Source: Blepharisma stoltei ATCC 30299 (taxonomy: Eukaryota; Protista; Ciliophora). Taken from it: a stretch of 64,000 nt of DNA. The position numbers were made by a program, and so were the translations under genes. The notes under the pieces are model-generated. The model saw only the letters and a list, made by a program, of their open reading frames with translations, ran no database searches and was not told the origin of the DNA. Below are positions 25,437-37,563 of this stretch, one piece after another (position 1 is the stretch's first letter; every line of letters starts with the position of its first letter). The stretch spans positions 124,001 through 188,000 of the forward strand of contig CBFDEM010000017.1 of the NCBI GenBank assembly GCA_965603825.1, written 5' to 3'.

Positions 25437-27617
25437 TTATAATAAAATGGAGTTCAAGCAGCTCAAGAATCTTTCTTTCGTAAGAGTTTCTTCACCTTGT
25501 AAGCTCATCTCAAGAGCTAACATCAGCTGTTTTATTGAAATTGCTGTCATATCAGTCAAAATATCAGCAAGCTCTTCTTCTGATACTGGGTATTTCCTCA
25601 ACACAGCTGCTACTTCTGCTCTGCTGGCTAATTTCTTGACTTCTAGCACCACATTAAATGATTTCACTAAGTCTAAATCTTCTAGAAAAGTAGCATTACT
25701 TGTGGTCCCAATAATCATAATTCTTCTATCAGGATGTGGAGGCACTTTTTTGGTTAGGACTAAAATGGCTTGCAGAATTGGGTTGGAAAATCTAGGACCA
25801 ATAGTCACGTATTCTATAAGTCTTTCAATGTTATCAAGGACAACTAAGCTGAGAGGGGAACGATAAGCGTCCTCAAAAACTTTTGCAATTGCAGTGACCT
25901 TACCTGACTCTGTAAAACCGACGTAGTTTTCTGGAGATACAAGTTTTACGTATGGGAAACCACTGTGAAGAGCTAGCATTGCGGCTAATGCTGTTTTTCC
26001 AGTCCCTGGAGGGCCTTCTAGCAAGATTGACATCAATGGGGTTCTTGGGCTAGTTTTTACTTGCTCTATAAGTGTTTTGCAGGTTTCTACTAGTTTTTCA
26101 CAGGTTTCTCCATAATTAATTATGCCTCCTCTGATATATCTGTTTAAGTCGGCTTCGTCAATCCCAAATTGCGGCTTGTACTCTTCCACTCCTTTAATAA
26201 AGTCTGCCATTCTAATCTTGATATTGTCTACATTAATTTCTTTTCCTAAGTCTTCTAAATCTATTTCTCTTCCAAATGCAAAACTTGCTGCATTTTTTAC
26301 GAGGCCTTCTATTTCAGCTCCACTGTAATTTTTGGTGATTTTTGCGATTTCTAAAAGGTCGACATCTTCAGCAAGTGCTCCATATTCTTGGATTTTCTTA
26401 GTATGGATCCTTAAAATTTGCTGTCTGCCTTCTTCGTCTGGTAATCCTACTTCTACATGAATTTCTAATCTTCCCGGCCTTAAAACAGCTTCATCAATCA
26501 TATCTTTTCTGTTAGTCATCCCAATAATCAAAATATTGTTCAATGAATTTATACCATCAATTTTTGATAAAAGCTGGTTCACAACTGTATCATGGACTCC
26601 TGTGGACCCAGAAATGGTTCCTCTTGGTCTACAAATAGCATCAATTTCATCAAAAATTATGATATGCAGCTGGCTTTTGTCACCTTTGGCCGCTTGCTCT
26701 TGTTCTGCTTCTTTAAATAGGTCTCTGATGTTTTCTTCAGATTGGCCTACATATTTGTTAAAAATTTCTGGGCCAGAAATGATTTTTGGCTCTCTTGCTT
26801 TTAAGCATTTTGCGATTTGTCGGGCAATAAGAGTTTTTCCAGTGCCAGGAGGACCGTAAAGAAGCATCCCTTTTACGTATTTTAAGCCAAGTCTTTGGAT
26901 AATTTGAGGTGGGAGCAGTCTAGAAGCAAAAGCTCTACGGACGATGTACTGGAATTCTTTGTCAAGCCCGCCGATGCCAAGCTCTTCAAAATTGAATCTT
27001 TTGCTATCAAAAATATTGATTGTCCTGATTTTTTGGCTGATAATTTCTAAATTTACTGGGGATATTGACTCAAACTGCAGAGAAGTTTGAGGGTGTAAAA
27101 TCCCTCTTTGGCATGGAGTAGATTCTTCTTGAGGCGTTGGATTGATTAAATCCATACTTGTGAGCCTTTTAATTGTCATTTGTAAAGGCATTCCTTGATA
27201 ATCAAATAGTAAGGTTTGGTTGTGGTTTAAAACCATGTCATTCATGCATTCTCTGAATTTGCTTTCAAGAACTTCTTCAGGAATTTCAACAGCTGAGCCA
27301 CCTTTTTTTCTCCCGATAAGCTCAACATCAATATTTGCAAACCCAAGATAAAAGTCTGCTGGAGATTGGAATATTTTGAGTGTAAGATTATCTACTAAGG
27401 AGATTCTGCCCATTTCTCTGATGAACTTGCTCATTGCAATACCTTCTGTCAGCTTCGGATGAGGTTGCACTGTTAGCACAAAACCTGAAATTTCGACATA
27501 AACTGGCTCTCTTCTGGATTGGGCTAGGAGTCTTTGATATTCTGATGGGGAGACAAACACTTTGTTAGTGTAAGCTAGGTCATTTGCAGGGAGGTTTACT
27601 GCTTTATAAGTGGTCAT
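25437..27617 (-). CDS. NSF: Vesicle-fusing ATPase NSF/Sec18, 726 aa
   Basis: GIGGLDKEF..RRAFASR, D1 GPPGTGKT and IIIFDEID, D2 GPPGTGKT, IGPRFSN. Confidence 0.97.
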   Translation of the reverse strand: MTTYKAVNLPANDLAYTNKVFVSPSEYQRLLAQSRREPVYVEISGFVLTVQPHPKLTEGIAMSKFIREMGRISLVDNLTLKIFQSPADFYLGFANIDVELIGRKKGGSAVEIPEEVLESKFRECMNDMVLNHNQTLLFDYQGMPLQMTIKRLTSMDLINPTPQEESTPCQRGILHPQTSLQFESISPVNLEIISQKIRTINIFDSKRFNFEELGIGGLDKEFQYIVRRAFASRLLPPQIIQRLGLKYVKGMLLYGPPGTGKTLIARQIAKCLKAREPKIISGPEIFNKYVGQSEENIRDLFKEAEQEQAAKGDKSQLHIIIFDEIDAICRPRGTISGSTGVHDTVVNQLLSKIDGINSLNNILIIGMTNRKDMIDEAVLRPGRLEIHVEVGLPDEEGRQQILRIHTKKIQEYGALAEDVDLLEIAKITKNYSGAEIEGLVKNAASFAFGREIDLEDLGKEINVDNIKIRMADFIKGVEEYKPQFGIDEADLNRYIRGGIINYGETCEKLVETCKTLIEQVKTSPRTPLMSILLEGPPGTGKTALAAMLALHSGFPYVKLVSPENYVGFTESGKVTAIAKVFEDAYRSPLSLVVLDNIERLIEYVTIGPRFSNPILQAILVLTKKVPPHPDRRIMIIGTTSNATFLEDLDLVKSFNVVLEVKKLASRAEVAAVLRKYPVSEEELADILTDMTAISIKQLMLALEMSLQGEETLTKERFLSCLNSILL

Positions 27618-27782
27618 TTTATTATTCCTACGTGTATTTTTAACTTAATTTTAATCAATTTATTTATATAAATTCATTGGAAACAGCTAATTCTATATGG
27701 AAAATTATAGTATAATATTCGACTTTTAAATTTAATATATTATAGACGCAAATTTTTCTTCATTGACAAGGCGAATTGGGCG

Positions 27783-28245
27783 AGAAATAAGTGGAGATTC
27801 AGGTCTGATATGTGCTTATGTATGTCTGAGTAGGCTTTAACTTAGTTTCTGTGTAAAGATGTAGCTAGCAATGCTCACAGTGATACCAGGTGTTGCGATT
27901 GTAGCAGGGAGTAAGTCTTTTTCCTGCCGCTGCTTAGGGAAGGCGCCAGCGCCAGTTAGACTCAGGGCTTTTCGGGAAAAGGTTAATTCTCCAATCTGCC
28001 TGAGGCAAGTCTGCAGAAGTCAATAGTTTGCCCACTTACCAGAGTCTGCAAGCCAAGGAGGAGTGCCTCACTCATACTCACTCACCTGCTCTGGCAGCTT
28101 TAGTAGTCGAAGGAACAGGAATGTTGCCCAAGTCTTCTGTCATCGAATCATCTGATTTCTACAAGCCTAGGCATGGGCATCGCAAAGTGGACGAACCCTT
28201 ACAGTTCCTTTGTTGCAGTGCAGCCAATACAACTGTTAGTTAAGA
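27783..28245 (+). ncRNA. Candidate structured non-coding RNA of unknown family, ~460 nt
   Basis: 217/460 G+C (47%) over 27781-28240 between very AT-rich flanks; no credible ORF; many nested helices whose G-U pairs work on the + strand only. Family not recognised. Confidence 0.55.
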
Positions 28246-28487
28246 ATAAGACTTTTAAATATAAAAATCTTTGTATATTCTATTACTCTTTACGCTAATT
28301 ATTTTGTATTAATTTAAAGCTTAAATAATTATTTTTAACAGAAATTAGTGCAATTTTGATATTGATTTATCAATAAATACTTTTTTTGAGATTATAGAGA
28401 ATTATTTATTTTAATTTTACTCTTATCATATTTACTGCAGGGATAATCCTTATATATAATTTTTCACCAATAATATCCATACAAGGT

Positions 28488-29054
28488 TTAATATAAGCAT
28501 AAGTTTGAAGATCTTGTGTTAAATAAAATCAGGGTTTGAGGATGTAAAATTCCTCTTTGGCATTGAAAATTTTCTATTTGTGGTTCTTGGTTTATTAAAT
28601 TCATACCTTCGACCTTTCAAATTGTTAATAAAAGAGGACAATTTCGAAAACGAAGAAATAAGATTTGATTTTGGTTAAAAACTAAATCATTCATGTTTTC
28701 TCTGAATGCATTTTCAAGCAGTCTTTTAGAAATCTCAATCGTAGGGCCAATCTGGGGTAGCTCAACATCAATATTCATTAATCCAAGATAAAATAATGGA
28801 GAATTGAATATTTTGAGCTCAAAAGAGTCAATTAGACTTATGTGACATATTTTTCTGATAAGCTTGCCCATTGCGATACCTTCTGTCACTGCAGGATGAG
28901 ATTGGGCTATAAATACAAAACCAGAAATTTCCACATAAATCGGCTCTTTTTCGACCTGAGATAATAATCTTTGATAATCAGATGGGGAGACAAATATTTT
29001 GTTGGAGCAAGCTAGTTCAATTGAAGGAAGATTTATTGCTCTATAAGTCATCAT
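28488..29054 (-). CDS. Stand-alone NSF N-domain paralog, ~188 aa (or truncated pseudogene)
   Basis: Collinear with the N-terminal ~195 residues of the neighbouring NSF (TYRAINLP..FVSPSDYQRLL..YVEISGFV..CQRGILHPQT); TGA at 28617 read as Trp; TAA at 28488; no AAA domains. Confidence 0.75.
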
Positions 29055-29248
29055 TTTATCATGCTTTAATTCATTTTTGACTTTAAATTTAATAATAATT
29101 ATTATATTTCATAAATTTGATCAAGTAGCTTTTAGAAAGATTTGGATTTTCCATTGTTACTGACTCTCTTAGCCATAAATATCTTTTAATACTTAAATTT
29201 TATTAATATAAATTTTAATGCATATTATTATATTATCCAACTAAAATA

Positions 29249-32200
29249 ATGTTTATTTCCATTCTTCTTGCTGCATATGGAGTCTTGTGCAATTCTGCAA
29301 ATGAACAAGAAGAATCTCATATTTTCCCTGATCTGATCAGATCTAATTGACATGATCAAACAGATCATATTTACCTTGAATTAGTAGAAGAGACTATCCG
29401 ATATGATGAAGTCTTCGAAGATAAATACAATTACTACAAATGAACCTTTAATCCAAGCCAAGAGAAAATTGATGTCACGATTGCTTTAACTTCTTTTACA
29501 GGTGACCCAGATCTCTATATAAGCATAGGGAACCCAGATTTATCAAAAGACCGCTATGACGAAAGAAGCATCTCTTTTGGCTCTGATTCTATTGTTTTAG
29601 GATGGGAAAATTTAAAAACCAAATGCAAAACAGACTGTCTTATCTATATTGCAGTTTACGGCCATCAGAGCTCAAAATATTCAATTTTGGTATCAACCTC
29701 TAAATATAGCCCAATACTGCTTAGCAATGGAGTGGCTCAAAATAGTCAGATGTCATCAAAACAAATTGCTTATTACTATTCCACTATTGAAAAAACCAAA
29801 CCTTTATATGTTAGCTTACTCTCACTCCAAGGGGATGCAGACTTATATTTAAGATTAATAGATATGGGAAAAGAAGGTGAGCTACCTTCAGAATGGGAAA
29901 AAGTTAATCAAACACACCATGACTGGTCTTCCTTGTCAGCACTTATAGAAGACAGAATTTATGCAACTCCAGAAATGATAAATTCCCGTTGCAAAGGTGA
30001 AAAATGCGCATTTCTAGCTGGGCTGTTATGCTATGGAGATCTTTGTGAGTACCAAGTCTCTTATATGCAGATTTTTTCACAAGTTTTATTAGACAGCCAG
30101 CCAACACAAGGATTTATAGATGCTAATAGACGCGCAAGCTATTACACTTTTGAATCCCTTGACAATTTTATAAGCTTGACTATTAGTTTGACGCTTTTTT
30201 CTGGGAAATTGGCAGAAATGGATGTATCATTTGATAGTCCTACAGTTGCAAATGCGAGTCAGTGGTATTTGAATTCGCGTGACACAAAGCCTTTGATTAT
30301 AAATTCTGCTGATAAATATTTTAAGGATGATAAGTCAATGAAAGGGATTTTTTATATAGGAGTCCGCTGTGAAGCTAGCTGTGAATACTCAGTTTTTGCG
30401 ACTACAAAGATAAACCCTATTGTTCCCTTATTAGAAGGACAGCCACAAAGTGGATATATTCTTCCAAAAACTCCTGGGTATTTTTCATTCCACAATACAC
30501 TAGATACAGATATTACTTTTAGGCTGTCAATTGTAGCTGGATCTGCGTTTATAGTGATAAACACATGTGAAGTTAATACAGAAAATTACAATGACTGCTT
30601 GCCAACTTTACATTCTTTTAAATGGTCTTCTTTAGGCAATTATGATGCTTCTTTTCTTACAGTTTCTCATAGTGACCCTTTATATTGCCAAGATTGTATT
30701 TATGCAATTGGAATTTTTTCTCAAGGCGCTTCTTGCTCATTTTATATAAATGCTAAAAATCAATATTATAATGAAATCGTTGAAAATGGAGTAATATCCA
30801 AATGATATCTAGAGAGAAATCAGTGGGAATATTACATGTTTATCGTCGAAGAAAAAAGTGATCTAGAATTCCAAGCAAGCACTGAATATGGCAAAATCAT
30901 GATATTAGTAGGAAAGAAATTGCCAATAACTTTAAATAACTATCAATGGAAAAGTACAGCAAAAGAAAATACTGAAATTGTGAGGATACCAAAAAATGAC
31001 AAGGAAAATAGTGATGGGACTTTTTATATAGGAATTTTGGCGAGTGAAGTATCGAAATTTTCTTTTGTAGCTTTTGCGAAAAATTCAGTAATTTATCTGA
31101 CTGGGCAATATATTCAGACTTTTTCTCTAGAAGAAAATGAATTAAAATTCTCCTTTGGGGTTGACCTTTTGGATTTAAATATATATCCATTATTTTGTTC
31201 TTTAACTACATTTTCTGATGATTTCAAGCCTGCTGTTTACATAAATTTCGAGGAGCAAAACAAAGTTATTGACTTTCCTACACAAAATCGTGCAGAAATT
31301 TCTTATGATTCTGATAGCAACTATGACTTGATTTATAACTCATTGGACTTTTTCTTACCTCAAGATAAGGCAGGGAGATATTTATTTCTTATAAGTTCAG
31401 GCTCTCATTACCAGCCGAAGCCTTATTTTTCGTTTTTCTGCACTTCTCCTTATGATATACTTGAGCTGTCCCAAAATTCCCAGCACATCCATCGCACAGA
31501 GTCAGATTTTTCGCCAGCGAATTTTTATATCCACATTCCAAATTTATCTATTTTAAACATTTATATAATCCCATGCTTAGGGGACGCCAAGCTCCAAGTG
31601 TCAGAAATTTACAATAATTTTGAATCGTCCCTCCCTGACCTAGAAGTCATCAATTTTACTAGCGGGATGATTCTTGGTACCATTCGGTCAGCTAAAGGAG
31701 GCTATTTCTTGCGTATTTCTTCTATGAGTAACGGAGAATCAAGCCATGGCAACTCTTTCCAAATTATCACAGAAACATTAAGACCTAACGAGAAATCTCC
31801 TAAAAGATTGAAACCAGGGAAAATTTATTATGAAAAAGAAGACAAAAAGTCTTACAGGATTTTGTTTGAAGAGGTAAAATATGATGATGGGTCGACTCCA
31901 GACGTCGGAGTTGAGTATTATTTATATCAGTCTTCCAGCAGTTTTGCACATATGGAGTCTGTGTGTGGGATGAGGATGGCAAAAAAGGCGACCATAGCTC
32001 AAGAAGTCCTTTTAAAAGACAAAACGCAAGCGATAATCCAGACATCAGAAGAAGCCATTATTAACGTGGTTGCTGTGGATACAAGATACCCAGAGTCATA
32101 TTTATCATATATTCCTTACATTCCTATCATCTTACCCAAAACCCAAACAAACTACAACACATCTAACGGCAGTTGATGGTTTTTATTTGTTTTTATTGCG

Positions 32201-32299
32201 ATCGTAATATTTGGGATTCTTTCCTCAATATTTTATTATCACAAGAAGAGACAAGCAAGGCCTGACAACTTTATGGAGCTTAGAGAAGTTAATAGATAA
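29249..32299 (+). CDS. Type I membrane protein with repeated PPC-like beta modules (GDPDLY/GDADLY), ~1016 aa
   Basis: Signal peptide MFISILLAAYGVLC; one frame with TGA at 29348, 29441, 30803 and 32174. The last TGA must be read through to encode the C-terminal TM helix and basic stop-transfer HKKR. Confidence 0.85.
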
Positions 32300-32303
32300 T
32301 TAT

Positions 32304-33641
32304 TTATTCAAATTCATTAGCTATGTATCTTATGGCTACTTCTAAATTTACGATAATTCTTTTTTCGTTTTCAAACTTCGTGCCTACATAGTCACTAATT
32401 AAAGCCAGCTCAGCACTGATAAACTGTGTTTGGCTCTTTATAGCTATGTACATTAGCACAGGCAGCTCATCGTCCATTGAGTTTAGCTCATCTTTTCCTT
32501 TGGAATAGTCTAGTACACAGGTTTTCATTGCTGCGACCATACTTAGCAAGCAGTTTAATTTTTCTACTGGGATACAGGTCTGCTCAAGCTTCCGTAAAGC
32601 TTCAATTGCTTCTGCATAAGGCTGAGTGACCCCTGTTAGCCTATATTTCTCATTAATTTGCAGTTTTTCTAAAATTTCTTCATCGTTGAATTCTAAGATC
32701 TGAGTCCTTTTTTCTATAAATTTCTGCTCAATTAGGCTGGTTTTGGCTTTATAAATATCAAATAAATGAGGAAAAAGTTTCCCATACATGTATTTTTCGA
32801 CAGCTGGGCGGCAGAAATGCATCATGGATTCTGCATTTGTCCGGCCAAAGTTATAGTGACTAAATAAAGCTTCTACTGAGTCTTCTACCATAAGTTTGAT
32901 AGACTCTATTGGCTGAGGTAATAATCCGACTGATTCTTGTGGGTTTCTATATTGGCTTGTAAAAGAACTGATAAAATCAGAAATTGATTTTCCTAATGTA
33001 TATGATTCAGAAGACAAAATTTTATGAAATTGGTAATAAGATGAGCTCTCGTGCTTACAAGTCATTATGCTTTCTTCTTCAGCCTCTTTTGAGATATTCA
33101 TATAAATTTCTCTTTCTTCTGGCGGCTGCTCTAACGCTGCTTCTATTTTTACTTTGAAATCTTCAACTACTGGACAAATTGTTTGCGGGAACCCATAGAT
33201 GCCTTTTAGCATAACTGTTCGTGTGCATTTCCGCTCATTGATAGAAATAGAGAGCCTTACGGCGGACATGATCCCTTTTTGCCGCTCTTCAGCTGGCAAA
33301 CAGCAGAGGATGATATCTTTGAAGCCATATCCTTCTTTGTGAACTGCTGTAGCTATATTGGTAGTTTTTTCAATTACTTGGAAGCGCTTTCTGGTCACAA
33401 CTTTGGTAAAAATATCAAGGACTGTGCTGCAGCTCACTGAAAAGGGGATATCAATTTTATATGAAGGCATATAGGGATCTGCACTATCAAGTCCATATTC
33501 AGTGCCTAGGATAAAGGAATTTCTATTTGTGAGCTCAAGAGAGAGATCAACTGATTTTATTACTTTGGTTTCTTCTGACTGCAAATTGGGCTGGGCGTTT
33601 GGGTCACTTTCAGCTTCATTGTTAAGTTGATTGAATTTCAT
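32304..33641 (-). CDS. VPS9-domain Rab5-family GEF, 445 aa
   Basis: PVEKLNCL and SMDDELPVLMYIAIKS match VPS9 PxxKLxCL and xADDxLPxLxY. Confidence 0.85.
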   Translation of the reverse strand: MKFNQLNNEAESDPNAQPNLQSEETKVIKSVDLSLELTNRNSFILGTEYGLDSADPYMPSYKIDIPFSVSCSTVLDIFTKVVTRKRFQVIEKTTNIATAVHKEGYGFKDIILCCLPAEERQKGIMSAVRLSISINERKCTRTVMLKGIYGFPQTICPVVEDFKVKIEAALEQPPEEREIYMNISKEAEEESIMTCKHESSSYYQFHKILSSESYTLGKSISDFISSFTSQYRNPQESVGLLPQPIESIKLMVEDSVEALFSHYNFGRTNAESMMHFCRPAVEKYMYGKLFPHLFDIYKAKTSLIEQKFIEKRTQILEFNDEEILEKLQINEKYRLTGVTQPYAEAIEALRKLEQTCIPVEKLNCLLSMVAAMKTCVLDYSKGKDELNSMDDELPVLMYIAIKSQTQFISAELALISDYVGTKFENEKRIIVNLEVAIRYIANEFE

Positions 33642-34858
33642 TTGTGTAATAATTTAAAAAGAGAAAGATATTAGAGAGATAAAAGAAGTAGTTGAAAAAT
33701 CAAAATTTTTGGATTAAAAGATAATATAAATAAATTTTGTTATAATCTAAGATTATCAAAATTATATATCTGATAAAATAATTAATAATAAAAGCATTTC
33801 TTTAACTTTAAGCAGGCAGCTTAAATTTCGAAATCTTATCTTAAAAATTAGGCACTTCTAGTTAGGATTTTTACTTCAAAGACGAGAAAGCTAGGCAGAT
33901 GTATACATATTATTAATATTTTGCCATATTCGGAATAAGTTACTTATATCATCTATACGAATAAATAATTAAATAGTAAATATTAGAACTCACATCCTAA
34001 GAACAGAGTTCAAGGATCAAAAAACTGCTAAGTCTGCTCAGAACTCAATGTTTAATCAGAAAATTCAAGCTTTTACAATCAGAGTCTGCACCGGAAGGAT
34101 TGCGGAATATTTTGGATTCAGTAAATATAGATAAATTGCATTTAATTATATGCTTCAACCTCTCCGAGAGCAAGGAATCTTAATTTTTATGAGCATCTAA
34201 TAAATTTTTTGATTTAAATTTTTATTCTATATTTTGACAGTAATTCCATTAAATTTCAGAATTTGGGATTTTAAAACATTAATTTAGCGAAAAATTAATC
34301 ATCACAAAAATATAAAAATCTTATTCGTCTGCTTAATATTTATAGAAAATGGAAGCAATTGTTACTTACATTGAGCGAGAATAGAAAAGACGCAGGAAAG
34401 CAGGACGTATTTATCTGAAGTGGGCAGCAAAGATAATATACAAGAATTCTTCAATTAAAATAAGCAAATTGCGATGAAAATTCAACCCAATCATGAGCAT
34501 TTTTCAAACCTCAAAAAAAATAAAAATTGTAAGACATTAGAAAATAAATGTTTCATATCTATACATCCAAGGAGACAAAAGATGATAAGGTAAATTTTAC
34601 TAGAAAAAGATGCAAAAAAAGCTCTTCGCTTGTAAATGCACAATTTATATAGGGCATTTTCTTATTGCTTTGACTTTGAAGATGCTGCTATAATTGGTGA
34701 GTTCTTCGATAGTGCCTTATAAGGATTCGGATTCGATAAAGACTCTATGATAATTAAAATTAAATTGAAATTTAATGTTTATAATCTGACTAATTTAATT
34801 TTTAGAAAATATGGAAATAGTATCTCCATTTTCCTTTCTACAAATTAATTATAAGCAA

Positions 34859-35326
34859 ATGACTGGATTAGCAAGACTTATGAGCGATCTTTATGATTTA
34901 TAATCTCATCCCGAACTTAGGGTAACTGTTAATATATCTGGAAATAACTATTACAAATGGGAAGGAACTCTCTATGGCCCACCTGGGTCTCCTTTTGAAG
35001 GCGGCTATTTTAGATTTGAAATTAATTTTCCAGCAAATTACCCAAGCAGTGCTCCTTCATTTTGTTTCAAAACTCCTATATACCATCCAAATATTGGAAG
35101 TGCTGGAAATGTATGTCATCCAGTTTTTGGTTCTCAATGAAATCCATGCATAACTCCAAAAATTTTTATTAGTTATGTTATTGTGCTGTTAAATGAGCCA
35201 AATGCTTATGGTGGCAATGGAAATGAAGCTACTATTGTCTGCAAGCAAAGTATAAGCCTCTGGCGCCAAAAAGCAAGAGAAAAGACCCGTCAAAATGTAA
35301 ATATAGGTCCATGCGCAACTCAATAA
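34859..35326 (+). pseudogene. Ubiquitin-conjugating enzyme E2 (UBE2D/UBC4-like) with a single in-frame TAA; absent from the ORF track
   Basis: KWEGTLYGPPGSPFEGGYF..FPANYP..FKTPIYHPNIGSAGNVC..SQ[W]NP..LLNEPN; TAA at codon 15 (34901-34903); TGA at 35138 is the conserved Trp. Confidence 0.8.
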
Positions 35327-35478
35327 AATGGTTGGCCTAAGGGTGATATTCTTTTAATCTTAATTAAAACCTAAAAGAGAAAACTAGTGCTTATAATGCA
35401 ATATTATTTGATAACCTTTAAAAAATTACTCTTACCATTTTTTAATTTAAATGTTCCATTCATGACATACTAATTAAA

Positions 35479-37452
35479 ATGTCTATGCGAAGACAAGGAT
35501 CTTCTAGACCTGCAGACCCAAACAGTCAAGGAAACGTTATCGTTGCATGCCGTTTTCGACCCCTCAACGAAAAAGAAAAAGAATTTAGTATGGACTCTGT
35601 TGCAGAATTTCTCCCAGATGGCAAAACAGTCGTTATCAACCAGAAATACGAGAACTTCGGGACCTTGAAATTTTCATTTGACTATGTATTTCCTCCAGAC
35701 ACCGAACAGTCTACAGTCTACGACTGTTCAGGTATAAAAATCGTAGAATCAGTTATGCAAGGCTTCAATGGGACCATCTTTGCATATGGGCAAACTTCTT
35801 CAGGCAAAACTTATACTATGAACGGCCCAGATGTTGATAATATTCAACTGATGGGGATCATCCCACGTATGATTTATACGGTTTTCAATAAGATTGAAAA
35901 TAGTGAAGAACATATTGAGTTTTCAGTAAAGGTAGGATATTGCGAAATTTATTTAGAAAGAATAAAAGACTTATTAGACCCTTCTAAAGATAACTTGAAA
36001 ATCCATGAAGATAAAGCAAGAGGAGTTTACATCTCAGGACTCAGTACTCATTATGTGTCAAATAACGTGGAAGTTTTAGATCTAATGAAAATTGGGCTCA
36101 AAAATAGAGAAGTTGGCCATACCAATATGAATTCCGAGTCAAGTAGGTCGCACTCGATATTTATTATGACGATACAGCAGACGAATACGCTAGACTTGTC
36201 AAGTAAAACTGGGAAAATGTATATTGTTGATTTGGCTGGGAGTGAAAAAGTGTCAAAAACTGGGGCAGAAGGAAAAAGACTTAGTGAAGCTAAAAATATC
36301 AATAAGTCGCTGACTACATTAGGAATGGTTATTACCTCATTAATTGAAGGAAACTCTCATATTCCTTATAGAGATTCGAAGTTAACAAGAGTTCTGCAAG
36401 ATTCTTTAGGAGGAAACTCAAAAACTTCCCTAATTATCACCTGCTCTCCATCCCCTTACAACGAATCTGAAACAGTCAGCACTCTCAGGTTCGGAATCAT
36501 GGCAAAAAGTATCAAAAACAAGCCAAAAATTAACAGAGAATACACAGTGTCTGAGCTTAAGCTAATGCTCCAAAAAGCCCAGCAGGAAATCGAAAAAAAA
36601 GACAAAAGAATTGAGCAGCTCGAAAAAATTATAAGCCAGCAAGGGATTTCTCTGCCAAGCGACACTCTTGATATCACCAAAACAACCAATGAATCTGACT
36701 CAGAAGAAGACGAAATCAAAGACAAAGAAGACAGTAAAGGCGGAGAATATATGGAAGTCATTCATGAGCTTGAAGAAACCAGAACAAAACTATCAAAAGA
36801 ATTGGAAAATAATTTTAAACTAAAAAGCAGTGTAGATGAGCTTACCAAGGCTTATGAAATTTTTGTCGAAAACGTAGAGGAAATGTATAGAGAAATCCAT
36901 AAAGAAGCACATGTAAAAAATCCATCAGAAATATTGGAAAATCTGCAAGCCGCAAAAAGAACTTTGGAGCAGCAAGCAGCTATGAGAGAAAAAATGAAAT
37001 TTGATTTAGAAATTAAGTTTGACTCGAATTGGCAGAAGTTAAATCAGATTGAAGGGTATGAAAATGAGCTTGAGACGTTTGGAGAGTGCAAGAGGCAGAT
37101 TGATGTACTTGAAAGACAATACAGGAATTTCTTAGATAGATGCTCATTAATCAACGAAAACAAAAAAGATGAGAAAAACTTTAACCAAAACTTTATGTTT
37201 AAATGAAGAAGGAAATCAAGAAATAAAGAATATGAAAAAATAGTAGAGGATGAGGAAGAAAAAGTGACTGATGACTTAGAGCCAAGTAGTCCACCGCCAG
37301 AGATTTTTGAGCCGAAACAAAGTGGAGTTATTAAGAAAACTATTAAGGGTGGGACTGGCTTCTTTACAAGGATTCCACAGCTGAAGGATTCATCTTTTTT
37401 CTCAAACATACTTATGAATATTCATACCAAAAAATTTAATACAAATCGCTAA
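35479..37452 (+). CDS. Kinesin-1 heavy chain-like motor, ~657 aa
   Basis: GQTSSGKT, SSRSH, DLAGSEKV, HIPYRDSKLTR. Reading through TGA at 37204 adds a tail with IKKTIKGG (IAK-like autoinhibitory motif). Confidence 0.9.
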
Positions 37453-37563
37453 TTGAGTGAAGTTGATTATCAATTATTTATTATAAATAATTAAATTATA
37501 AGCTTATAATATCTTATTTCCTACATTTAATCAAAAAATATATTCGGGAAAATAATAATTGAT

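Noticed and set aside
28193-28204. AACCCTTACA as a telomerase template; ACTTACC at 28034 as a U1 5' end
   Set aside because: It mismatches the heterotrich CCCTAACA repeat and lacks the extra half repeat. No U1-70K loop, U1A loop or Sm site follows ACTTACC.
28028-28243. 71-aa ORF in the GC-rich island
   Set aside because: TTG start, atypical composition, no motif; the GC content is better explained by base pairing.
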